Part shown: piece by piece, positions 52,514-64,000 of the stretch
How the letters are laid out: every line of letters begins with the position of its first letter
Position numbering within the stretch: position 1 is the stretch's first letter
From: Octopus sinensis
Taxonomy: Eukaryota
Assembly: GCF_006345805.1 (NCBI RefSeq)
Contig: NC_043005.1
Location: 35,092,001 to 35,156,000 of the forward strand
DNA: 64,000 nt
Direction: 5' to 3'
Position numbers and translations under genes: made by a program
Notes under the pieces: generated by a model
Told to the model about the DNA's origin: nothing
The model's database searches: none
The model's input: only the letters and a program-made list of their open reading frames with translations

Positions 52514-53247
52514 TGTCTGACAAACGGGAACGTGAAACTCTAAGTAACAGCTTTTGTTATATTTCTGCTGCTTTTAAATAAAGCATATTACTCTACCTCT
52601 GGTATTTGAGTACTCTTTTTTCCACTTTGTTTCACATTTATGTGCTTACTCCGGTATATATATATGTATACATATTTATATAAATATATTACTTTTAAAA
52701 TTTGAAAAAAATTTAAAATAAGGATAATTCATTTGAGTTTATAGGAAAACAAATTTTTAACAGAAATATCTAAACACTTTCAAATGGGCTCTACTGGTTG
52801 CATGCAACACACCTAGACAATACAAGACAATAAATTGTGGAAATTGTAAAGATAATTTATGAACACTGTGCATGTGTATGTATGCGTGTGTGTGTGTATG
52901 TGCATGTGTGTGTATGTGTGCGTGTCTCATTGTTTTGACATGATGTGATAGCTTTAAATGATTGTCAGTCATGACAAGCAGTGTCATTCATTTTCAATCT
53001 TCTGCAAAAACATGAGCTTTTAGTCTTCTGAGCTACATGGTGACCTCAACAGTGCTGGTAGCACAAAAGAAGTACCCGGTACACATTGTAAAGTGGTTGG
53101 CATTAGGAAAGCCATCCAGTCATAGAAATCATGGCAAAGCAGACAATGGAGCACAATGCAGTTCTTCAACTCATTGGATCCTTGTCAACCCAAGCCAGCA
53201 TTGAACATGGACATTAAATGATGGTGATGATGATGATGATGAAGTAA

Positions 53248-53285
<38 letters not shown>

Positions 53286-53292
53286 AAGCTAA

Positions 53293-53673
53293 GCATGGCT
53301 GTGTGGTAAGAAGCTTGCTTCCCAATCAAATGGTTCCAGGTTCAGTCCCACTGCAAAGCACCTTGGGCAAGTGCCTTCTCCTATAGCTTCAGGCTGACCA
53401 AAGCCTTGTGAGAGGATTTGGTAGCCGGAAACTGTCATATGTATGCATATGTATATTTCTATGTGTCTTTGTACCTGTGCTTGTCACCCCATCCCATCAC
53501 TGCTTGACAACTAGTGCTAATATGTTTATGTCCTTGTAACTTAGTGGTTCAGCAAAAGAGACTGATAGAATAAGTACCAGGTTTAAAAAAGATAAGTCCT
53601 GGGATTGATTTGTTCTACTAAAACCCTCCAAGGCAGTGCCCCAGCATGGCCACAGTCAAATGACTGAAACAAG
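53293..53673 (+). mobile_element. Near full-length CORE-type tRNA SINE
   Basis: Same head, core and tail as 47821-48198. Confidence 0.8.
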
Positions 53674-53695
53674 GGGAACAGTGCTCAATATATGA

Positions 53696-53727
<32 letters not shown>

Positions 53728-53732
<5 letters not shown>

Positions 53733-54128
53733 TATTAAGGGAGCAAAGGTAAAAATTTAATAGGCAGAACAAAGTTACAAAATGTCTCAAGGGCCAAGAG
53801 TCTTGTGTTTGGCACTTACTGACATGCACAAAACTCACAGACCCTGAGGTGCTACTGCAACTTTCTGCTAATTAAAAATAAAAAGTAGACACATGCCGCA
53901 CAACTGCAGGAGAAAAGGCTTTACCAATTTTGGCCTTTTGTACTACTTTCTCTGCTAAAAAAAACAAAAAAATCATTGACTATTTTATAAATGTACAAGA
54001 TACAGGAAAGGGTGTGTGTGTGTGTTTGTGCAGACATCGGTCTTTTTACATGTGTGAGAAGAAAAGGAGATACACACACACACACACAGACGTATATGTA
54101 TGTATACATATATCTATATCTATCTATC

Positions 54129-54161
<33 letters not shown>

Positions 54162-54424
54162 ATGAAAATGTGATTAGAGGTTTCATATATGTCCTCTAAA
54201 CAAATTAAGAGTGTTCACCTGGATTTACTTGGCCAGAAATAAATAAACCACATCAAGAACAATAATACATCCTGTTGCTGCTGCTGATAACAATAATAAT
54301 AATAACAATAATATTGAAAATAATAATAATAATAATAAAGTCAGTATTTTTTAATGGTGGTAGTCAAACAACGACAAACCATAGTCCCTTATGGGATAAT
54401 TTATATATGTATGTGTATAAATGT

Positions 54425-54459
<35 letters not shown>

Positions 54460-54858
54460 ATTATATTAAGGGAGCAAAGGTAAAAATTTAATAGGCAGAA
54501 CAAAGTTACAAAATGTCTCAAGGCCAAGAGTCTTGTGTTTGGCACTTACTGACATGCACAAAACTCACAGACCCTGAGGTGCTACTGCAACTTTCTGCTA
54601 ATTAAAAATAAAAAGTAGACACATGCCGCACAACTGCAGGAGAAAAGGCTTTACCAATTTTGGCCTTTTGTACTACTTTCTCTGCTAAAAAAAACAAAAA
54701 AATCATTGACTATTTTATAAATGTACAAGATACAGGAAAGGGTGTGTGTGTGTGTTTGTGCAGACATCGGTCTTTTTACATGTGTGAGAAGAAAAGGAGA
54801 TACACACACACACACACAGACGTATATGTATGTATACATATATCTATATCTATCTATC

Positions 54859-54891
<33 letters not shown>

Positions 54892-55175
54892 ATGAAAATG
54901 TGATTAGAGGTTTCATATATGTCCTCTAAACAAATTAAGAGTGTTCACCTGGATTTACTTGGCCAGAAATAAATAAACCACATCAAGAACAATAATACAT
55001 CCTGTTGCTGCTGCTGATAACAATAATAATAATAACAATAATATTGAAAATAATAATAATAATAATAAAGTCAGTATTTTTTAATGGTGGTAGTCAAACA
55101 ACGACAAACCATAGTCCCTTATGGGATAATTTATATATGTATGTGTATAAATGTATACATACATACATATATATA
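53728..55175. repeat. Tandem duplication of a ~730-bp unit
   Basis: AATTATATTAAGGGAGC at 53728 and 54459; identical ORFs offset by 730; one 1-bp indel. Confidence 0.92.
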
Positions 55176-56785
55176 TTATATATATATATATATACACACA
55201 CATTATTTTATATATGAGCATGTATCTGTATGTATATGAGTGTGAATATATACATATGTGTATGCATGTGCATGTATACACACAGATATACATATATTCA
55301 CATAATTTATGAAAAAATTACAAAAATATAACTAAAACAAGATCTTAATGATAAAAACATAAATGCAAATATACCGACAACTACACAAGCTGTTCTAATG
55401 GCTGATAAAATAAAATTAACAAGGGTGAAGCAGTTTCTTTGCTCCTTCAATGAATGACTTTTTCCCTTTTTTCTTTCAAGCCAACTTTTGTTGTTTCTCC
55501 TTTAGAGCCCCCACTTTTTATGTCTCTTGTAAATAACTTCCCCAACTAAACAACTCTCAAGTAATTCTGTCCAAAAAAGTTTGAGTAGACAATGCAGTAC
55601 TTATAAAAATTACAGTTTATTCACTCTCTACATCAGGTAGCACCCACTTCACAATTACTTTTCTTCAAGCAACAGGTATTCTTTAACCCATTTCATGCTA
55701 ACCTGCCTGAGATCATCTTTTGTTTGGGGATACAAATTTTCTATTTGAAAGTGATCTGAATTAAACTTTCCGTCCAATATTTCATGTTAATTTTTGTTCT
55801 AAACATCAACTTAATAATGACAAGGTTATTTTACTAAATTCTTAATTATTTTCAAAATTAAATGACACAAAGGCAACGTATTCTAACAGAAAAATGATAA
55901 CAAAAGGGTTAAAGTGATCAGGTCACTCAGGGCTCATTCATGAAAATCCTGTACCATTAATGCTCAAGTCATTATAAAATTTGCATTTATGAACTTCTTT
56001 GCTTATAGATAGGGGTTCTTAATGTGTTATGCCCTCAACTCTCATCCCAGAGTGCAAGAAGATAGTTCAGGAGATACATAAGTATACAAAATGTTATTTT
56101 AAAAGTCTTTTAGTGAGGAGGAAAGGCAATGTCTATGACCTTTGACATTTTGGTGGAAGGGAGAGATCTTGAAACTGCAGACCTGGTCCTAATTCTTGCA
56201 ATAGAGTAGACTCAACTAAAGACTCTTACGGTGCCAGGTGATGGTTTTAAACTGGTCCATGAGTCACATATTTAAAATTTACTCATTGTCAAAGTGTTCG
56301 CATGAAGACTACTTATGGAGAGACTGACAAATACAGACACAAATACAGATGCAAAACACATACAAGGACACACACATACTGATACATACACATGCACAAG
56401 ACTGACTCCCCCCCCCAGGCTGTCTGGGGACATTTCTGTCACTCCACACTGCCCAGGAAGCACAACTATATTAAGCTGTCAAATGAGAAGGTGAGAATAC
56501 AAAAAAAAAGGAAATCAAGCAATAACCAAAAAGTGGCATACACACACACACACGTATGTGTGTGTATGTGTACACCCTAGCGTGTCTGTGAAAGTATGTA
56601 TATATATATATGGATGTATATGCATGTATGTATATACTGTATATATTTGATTTTGATTTTGATTTTTCCAGTTTCAGCTTATGAGCTGTGGCCATGCTGG
56701 GGCACATATATATATATATATATAATATACATATATACATATATCTATAGATGTATATGCATGTATTTATATAATGTACATATAC

Positions 56786-56828
<43 letters not shown>

Positions 56829-56840
56829 ATAATATACATA

Positions 56841-57468
56841 AAACAAATCAAAATAGATGAACATCAATGGAATTTGTATCTTTGTGGTACCAGTGCGGTG
56901 GCACGTGGCACATAAGAAAACCATCCGAACGTGGCCGTAGCCAGTACCGCATCGACTGGCCTCCGTGCTGTGGGCACGTAACAAGCACCATCCGATCGTG
57001 GCCGTTTGCCAGCCTCATCTGGCACCTGTGTCGGTGGCACATAAAACAACCATCCGAGCGTGGCCTGCCTGCCAGCCTCGTCTGGCACCGTGTCGGTGGC
57101 ACATAAAAACACCATCCGAGCGTGGCCGTCTGCCAGCCTCGTCTGGCACCTGTGTCGGTGGCACATAAAAACACCATCCGAGCGTGGCCGTCTGCCAGCC
57201 TCGTCTGGCACCTGTGTCGGTGGCACATAAAAACACCATCCGAGCGTGGCCGTTTGTCAGCCTCGTCTGGCACCTGTGTCGGTGGCACATAAAATCACCC
57301 ACTACACTCTTGGAGTGGTTGGCGTTAGGAAGGGCATCCAGCTGTAGAAACACTGCCAGATCTGACTGGACTGGTGCAGCTTTCGGGCTCCCCAGACCCC
57401 AGTTGAACCGTCCAACCCATGCTAGCATGGAAAGCGGACGTTAAATGATGATGATGATGATGATGATG
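56841..57468 (+). mobile_element. Composite retroposon copy C (terminal unit, five 61-bp subrepeats), 12-bp target-site duplication
   Basis: ATAATATACATA at 56829-56840 and 57469-57480; (ATG)n tail. Confidence 0.9.
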
Positions 57469-57469
57469 A

Positions 57470-57772
57470 TAATATACATATATATATATATATACATATA
57501 TATATAGATGTATATGCATGTATGTATATAATGTGTGTATATATATATATATAATATACATATATATATATATACATATATATATAGATGTATATGCATG
57601 TACGTATATAATGTGTATATATATATATATATATATAATATACATATATATATAGATGTATATGCATGTACGTATATAATGTGTGTATATATATATATCT
57701 ATATATAATATATATATATACATATATATATATATACATATATATATAGATGTATATGCATGTATGTATATA

Positions 57773-57811
<39 letters not shown>

Positions 57812-57820
57812 CACACACAT
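57470..57820. repeat. AT-rich minisatellite with core TAGATGTATATGCATGTA.GTATATAATGTG, also present left of the retroposon (56735-56830)
   Basis: About 5 units right and 1 unit left of the insertion. Confidence 0.8.
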
Positions 57821-58249
57821 GAAACAACCACATCCAGTCAGTTTGTCACTATATCATGATAATTAATATATAAAGTATGTAGCTTTCACAAAAAAACACC
57901 AATTTGGAGGGCAAGTTGAGAGAGAGAGAGAAGAGAGAGAGACGAGTGGAAGCGGTGATGGTGGTAGCTACTGTAATCTTGAATGATAAAGAAACAATAT
58001 CTCATATGATTTTGCCATGCTTACTTACTTACCAGAGTGAAAAATCAAAAGTAAACAGTTGTTTTCTCTGTCATCCTATGAAATGGAGAGAGAGAGGGGA
58101 GGGGAGGAAGACGTGGCAGAGAAAGAGAAAGAGTAATGGGGGAAGGATAATCTATCTATCTATCTGTATTATTACAACACACACACACACACACACACAC
58201 ATACACTGATAGATGGATAAAGAGAGAGAGGGAGTAACAGTGTGTGTAT

Positions 58250-58252
58250 GTT

Positions 58253-58286
<34 letters not shown>

Positions 58287-58312
58287 TAGATATATATATA
58301 TAATATGTATTT

Positions 58313-58383
<71 letters not shown>

Positions 58384-58534
58384 GTATATATGTATATATA
58401 TTTATATGATATATATATATTATATATATATATATATATAATATATTATGTATGTATATATATGTATATGTATATATGTATAATATATATATATATGTAT
58501 ATATATATATGTATATATATATATGTATATATGT

Positions 58535-58595
<61 letters not shown>

Positions 58596-58613
58596 TATAT
58601 ATATATATATATG

Positions 58614-58672
<59 letters not shown>
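58250..58672. repeat. Long interrupted (TA)n microsatellite; a similar tract lies at 60050-60555
   Basis: Direct inspection. Confidence 0.95.
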
Positions 58673-58675
<3 letters not shown>

Positions 58676-59040
58676 AAAGAGAGTGTAAGAGAAGCGATAA
58701 ATTGGAGAGATATTTGAAAGATCAGAGTAAAAGAGAGAAAAGGAGAGAGAGAGAGAGAGAGAGAAACAATTCCAAGTTCCAATCTTATCAGTGGTGTAGA
58801 TAAATGAAAGCTGACATCACCCACTAGTCTCCTCCACCCCCACCTCATCCCTGTCTTTTAGTCCCATCCAATTCTCACATGTATCCCCCTCATCCCCCAC
58901 AGCCACAGTTTGTTCAAAGATAACAAGGAGTACATCAATCCCTGGAGTCAGTGAAGGATAGAGACAGGAGAGAGATAGAACAGCATCTGATAGATGTTAT
59001 CATTCATCTTTTGGTCTTGGTGCTGGTGCTGTTAGACAAG

Positions 59041-59082
<42 letters not shown>

Positions 59083-59578
59083 AGAGAGAGAGGGAGGGCG
59101 AGAGAGAGACTCAGATATGCATACATAGCATTGAAAAGTAAAGATAGAGAATGAGTGAAAAGTATACATGTAAATGATAGAGAGGAAGGGAGAGAGGGGG
59201 ATAAACACATACATACAGACATATATGTGTGTGTGTTGTGCACGTATGTAGAGAAAGGCTGAGTGAGAGAGAGAGAAACACACACACACATATATGTACA
59301 CATACATATTGAAAGGGAGACATAGTGAAAGATTTACATGTAAATATAAAGAGAGAGAGAGAGAGAGGGCGGGAGAGAGAGTGAAATAAGATAAGCAATG
59401 AGAGAAGTTGGGGAAACAAATAAGAGAAAAAGAGAAAGACAGGAGGCAGCAGGGGAACGGGTGGGGGGCAGGAAGACTGTGTGTGTGTGTGGTGGGTGAT
59501 AAACGACAGAAACAGTGAGAAGAAATTATTTCAATATTTTCAGAGGTTTCAAAAATACCTGTATATAACACACACAAT

Positions 59579-59633
<55 letters not shown>

Positions 59634-59926
59634 ATATTATATATATATATTACAATATGTTTGCATTTATGTGCATGAGCATAATTTCATCAGAGAAAAA
59701 AAATGATGTACCTTGGGATGTTATATGTGGACCATCAATTCATTCCAGCAGACTCTTCCAGCTGTCAAAAACCATGCCAAAACAGATACGGCACCCTAGT
59801 GCAGTCTTCTACCTGGCTGGCTCCTGCCAAACTGTCCAATCCATGCCAAGCATGGAAAATGATTGTTAAATGATTGACCCCAAAAGTTTTTTTTTTTTTC
59901 TTCTCTCTGTTTATTTCCTTCTGATC

Positions 59927-59962
59927 CTTTCTGTTGAAGAGTGTAGGCTCGAAATGTAAAAG
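59927..59962 (+). ncRNA. Minimal hammerhead-like motif (CUGUUGA variant)
   Basis: CTTT-CTGTTGA-A-GAGT-GTAG-GCTC-GAAAT-GT-A-AAAG: stem I CTTT/AAAG, stem II GAGY/GCTC, loopless stem III AYGT. Confidence 0.55.
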
Positions 59963-60402
59963 ATTTCCTCACCTTCCCAAGCATCAGACTACTACACCTG
60001 TTCATTGTTTATACACATGTCTTCATCTTTTCTTTTTCAGTAAATTTTTAACTATATATATACATATATATATATATATATTATATTATATAATATATAT
60101 ATGCATATATATATATATAATATATATACATACACATACATACACACACATATATGTATATATATATATAACACACATTATATATATAAATATATATATA
60201 TATGAATATAAATACACATATATATACAAATATATATACATTTATATATATATATATATATACACAACACACATATATATATATATATATATACTATATA
60301 TACACGTATTTATATATGTATATAGATACATATACACATATATATGTATATTATATATATCATTTATTATATACATATACACATATATATGTATATATAT
60401 AC

Positions 60403-60434
<32 letters not shown>

Positions 60435-60562
60435 TATATATATATATATATACACATACACACACATATATTATGTATATATATATATATACACACACCA
60501 CATATATGTATAATACACACACACACACATTATATATATAATATATATATATATAAACAATT

Positions 60563-60832
60563 GCAGCATGGAAGGTGTTTATAAGTCATTTAAAAATACA
60601 GAAAAACAGATTCACTTCAGCATTTAAATTTAATCTGTCAAAATATTTACGTCACTTTGTGACCACAACCTATTCACTGATAAAATTCCATGCTGCATGG
60701 CAGTATTTTGTCAGTGAACAGGTTGCAGTCTTAAAGCGACGTAAGTATTTTGAGAAATTAAATTTAAATGTTAAAGTGAATCTAAGAGCTTTTGTGTGTT
60801 TTTAAATAACTTATAAACACCTTTCACGCTGC
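60563..60832. mobile_element. Fold-back MITE, near-palindromic over its full ~270 bp
   Basis: GCAGCATGGAAGGTGTTTATAAGTCATTTAAAAA / TTTTTAAATAACTTATAAACACCTTTCACGCTGC; inner ACAACCTATTCACTGATAAAAT / ATTTTGTCAGTGAACAGGTTGC. Confidence 0.8.
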
Positions 60833-60894
60833 TATAGTGGTTTTTCCAGCACATGATCTCAGATCAGGTCACTTGCTATACAAGAACATCTCTG

Positions 60895-60927
<33 letters not shown>

Positions 60928-61447
60928 GTAAAAAATAAATACAGACATGGACAAGAACATGAAACACCAAAGAGACGACACAAGAACCACAGGACGGGAC
61001 ATTCGAAGCCCTCAGTCATCAGTCAAGAACCAGATCATCTTCGCAATTTCGGCTGATTAATCTTGAGATTGCTCCGATCTGGGCAGCCCCCAAAGGAAAA
61101 TCTAAGCCAGCGCATTAGATCCCTTGGAAGAAAGCTTCGAATGTATACAACACGAGGACGGAAAACGAACGAAGTACACGAACAAAAATACAGAATACGT
61201 GACACCAATAAGAATACAAAAACGTAAAACAATAACGGTAAGATAAAAAACAAAACAAAACCAGGACGTAGGACAAGGGTCTTTCGACAGGACAAGTTGA
61301 GTTGCGGCTGGCTTATGAAGTAGTGCCTAATGGCCGCAGGGAGACGAACAAATACGTGTTGCTTCGACGACTGCTGGAACGAAAAGGGCGCCCAGCAGTG
61401 GCTAGCGGTCACGTGAAAACAAAGACAATATATATATATATATATAT

Positions 61448-61485
<38 letters not shown>

Positions 61486-61847
61486 CACACACCACACACA
61501 CTATATATATATATATATATATTATATTAAATATATATACATATATAAATGATCGTGGGTAAGGACAAAACAATGTGAAGTAAATGCAAGGTAAATTACA
61601 AGAAAACAAATATGTTGGTGGGGAAGAACACTGACACACAATTACATATACACACATATACATACATATACGATGGGCTTATTCCAGTTTCCATCTACCA
61701 AATCCACTCACAAGTCTTTGGTTGGTCCAGGGTTATAGTAGAAGACACTTGCCCAAAATACAACGAAGTGGGACTGACCCAGGACCATGTGGTTGATAAG
61801 CAAGCTACTTATCACGCCGTCACTCCTTTGCTTATAATACATATATA

Positions 61848-61879
<32 letters not shown>

Positions 61880-62136
61880 ATATATATATATGCATATATA
61901 TTTATATGTTATATGTGCATCACGGGCATGGCTGTGTGGTTAGGGAGCTGGCTTCCTAGCTACATGGTTTCGGGTTCAGTCCCACTGCATGGCACTTTGG
62001 GTAGGTGTCTTCTACAATAGCCCCGAGTCGACCGAAGCTTTGTGAATGAATTTGGTAGGCGGAAGTTACTGTGTGTATGTGTGCGTATAGCTGCTCAGTG
62101 CCTCTCCGAAAGAGGGAGAGAGGGTATATATATATA

Positions 62137-62175
<39 letters not shown>

Positions 62176-62263
62176 TATATGTATGTATATATATATATGT
62201 AACTATATATATTATATATATATATATATATATGTACATATATGTTTATATGTATGTATATAT

Positions 62264-63977
62264 GAGGCAAGTGAAAATAAATCAAATCAAATCAAATCAA
62301 AATAGATGAACATCAATGGAATTTGTATCCTTGTGGTACCAGTGCCAGTGGCACACAATAATCCATCCGAACGTGGCCGTAGTCAGTACCGCTTGTGGTA
62401 CCAGTCCGGTGGCACACAAGAATCCATCCGAACGTGGCCGTAGTCAGTACCGCTTGTGGTACCAGTGCCGGTGGCACACAAGAATCCATCCGAACGTGGC
62501 CGTAGTCAGTACCGCATCACTGGCCATCCGATCGTGGCCGTTCGCCAGCCTCATCTAGCACCTGTGTCGGTGGCACATAAAAACACCATCGAAGACCCGG
62601 CAAGACTAGTCAGGCCATACCCATGGCCCCTACCTGGGACGTAGTCAGTCCACCTGTGCATACCTCCTTCTTGTGACACTTGTGAAGACCTGTTGAGGCA
62701 AGTGAAAATCAAATCAAAACAAATCAAAATAGATGAACATCAATGGAATCTGTATCTTTGTGGTACCAGTGCCGGAGGCACACATGAGAACCATCCGAAC
62801 GTGGCTGTAGCCAGTTCCGCATCGACGGCCTCCGTGCTGTGGGCACGTAACAAAACCATCCGATCATGGCCGTTCGCCAGCCTCATCTGGCACCTGTGTC
62901 GGTGGCACATAAAAAAAACACTTTCCGAAGACCCGGCAAGACTAGTCAGTCCACCTGTGCATACCTTCCTTCCTTCTTGTGACACTTGTGAAGACCGGTT
63001 GAGGCAAGTGAAAATCAAATCAAATCAAATCAAAATAGACAAAATAGATGAACATCAATGGAATTTGTATCTTGTGGTACCAGTGACTGTGGCACACAAG
63101 AAATCCATCAGTGCCGTAGTCAGTGCGGTGGGCACATGACAAACACCATCCGATCGTGGCCGTTCGCCAGCCTCATCTAGCACCTGTGTCGGTGGCACAT
63201 AAAAACACCATCCGAAGACCCGGCAAGACTAGTCAGGCCATAACCCATGGCCCCTACCTGGACGTAGTCAGTCCACCTGGCATACCTTCCTTCTTGTGAC
63301 ACTTGTGAAGACCTGTTGAGGCAAGTGAAAATCAAATCAAAACAAATCAAAATATTATAATGAAATCAATGGAATTTGTATCTTTGTGGTACCAGTGCCG
63401 GTGGCACGTGGCACATAAGAAAACCATCCGAACGTGGCCGTAGCCAGTACCGCATCGACTGGCCTCCGTGCTGGGGCACGTAACAAGCACCATCCGATCG
63501 TGGCCGTTTGCCAGCCTCATCTGGCACCTGTGTCGGTGGCACATAAAAACACCATCCGAGCGTGGCCGTCTGCCAGCCTCGTCTGGCACCTGTGTCGGTG
63601 GCACATAAAAACACCATCCGAGCGTGGCCGTCTGCTAGCCTCGTCTGGCACCTGTGTCGGTGGCACATAAAAACACCATCCGAGCGTGGCCGTCTGCCAG
63701 CCTCGTCTGGCACCTGTGTCGGTGGCACATAAAAAAAACACATCCGAGCGTGGCCGTTTGTCAGCCTCGTCTGGCACCTGTGTCGGTGGCACATAAAATC
63801 ACCCACTACACTCTCGGAGTGGTTGGCGTTAGGAAGGGCATCCAGCTGTAGAAACACTGCCAGATCTGACTGGACTGGTGCAGCTTTCGGGCTCCCCAGA
63901 CCCCAGTTGAACCGTCCAACCCATGCTAGCATGGAAAGCGGACGTTAAATGATGATGATGATGATGATGATGATGAT
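62264..63977 (+). mobile_element. Composite retroposon copy B: three ~330-bp units, terminal unit with five 61-bp subrepeats, (ATG)n tail
   Basis: Reverse-orientation homolog of 8052-9908 sharing unit variants. Confidence 0.88.
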
Positions 63978-64000
63978 ATATGTACATATATGCATAATAT

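Noticed and set aside
56848-57428. Recurrent ORFs [11 protein letters not shown] / MCHRHRCQ / CATDTGARR in all composite elements
   Set aside because: Open in several frames on both strands because of GC-rich tandem repeats; frameshifts differ between copies.
58028-58085. Strong GTAAGT donor-like site as a candidate EGFR signal-peptide exon
   Set aside because: The required phase-1 frame hits a stop before any ATG and encodes no signal peptide; exon 1 remains unlocated.
60990-61030. CTGATGA...CGAAT..GTC on the minus strand (related sequence near 33130)
   Set aside because: Lacks GAAA and has no convincing stems.
62688-62712. CTGTTGA-GGCAAGT-GAAA in each 330-bp unit, resembling a hammerhead core
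   Set aside because: No stem I, stem III or cleavage triplet can be built; CAAGTG pairs better with upstream CACTTG.

Overview
Eukaryotic, repeat-rich animal DNA. The SINE families and the very high microsatellite density suggest an octopus or other coleoid cephalopod (inference). The window is mostly one minus-strand gene, an EGFR/ErbB receptor tyrosine kinase. I resolved 17 consecutive GT-AG exons (50042 down to 511; 2843 nt, phase-compatible, about 948 codons) covering L1, CR1, L2, an extended CR2, the TM segment, the juxtamembrane region and the kinase N-lobe. The signal-peptide exon was not found (possibly right of the window) and the rest of the kinase lies left of position 1. The introns hold mariner/Tc1 relics and MITEs, a Penelope-like element (RT thumb plus GIY-YIG), an RTE fragment, many tRNA-derived SINEs, micro/minisatellites and three microsatellite-bounded tandem duplications. 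The main unexplained signal is structured RNA. There is an intact type I hammerhead ribozyme in two tandem 323-bp copies (6145-6790), four more hammerhead-like motifs in three other repeat families (one is the tail of a tRNA-headed SINE), and three copies of a composite (ATG)n-tailed retroposon built from nested arrays of hairpin and kissing-loop modules. All structures were folded by eye and TE family names come from recalled motifs, not database searches. Some perfect duplications may be assembly artefacts.
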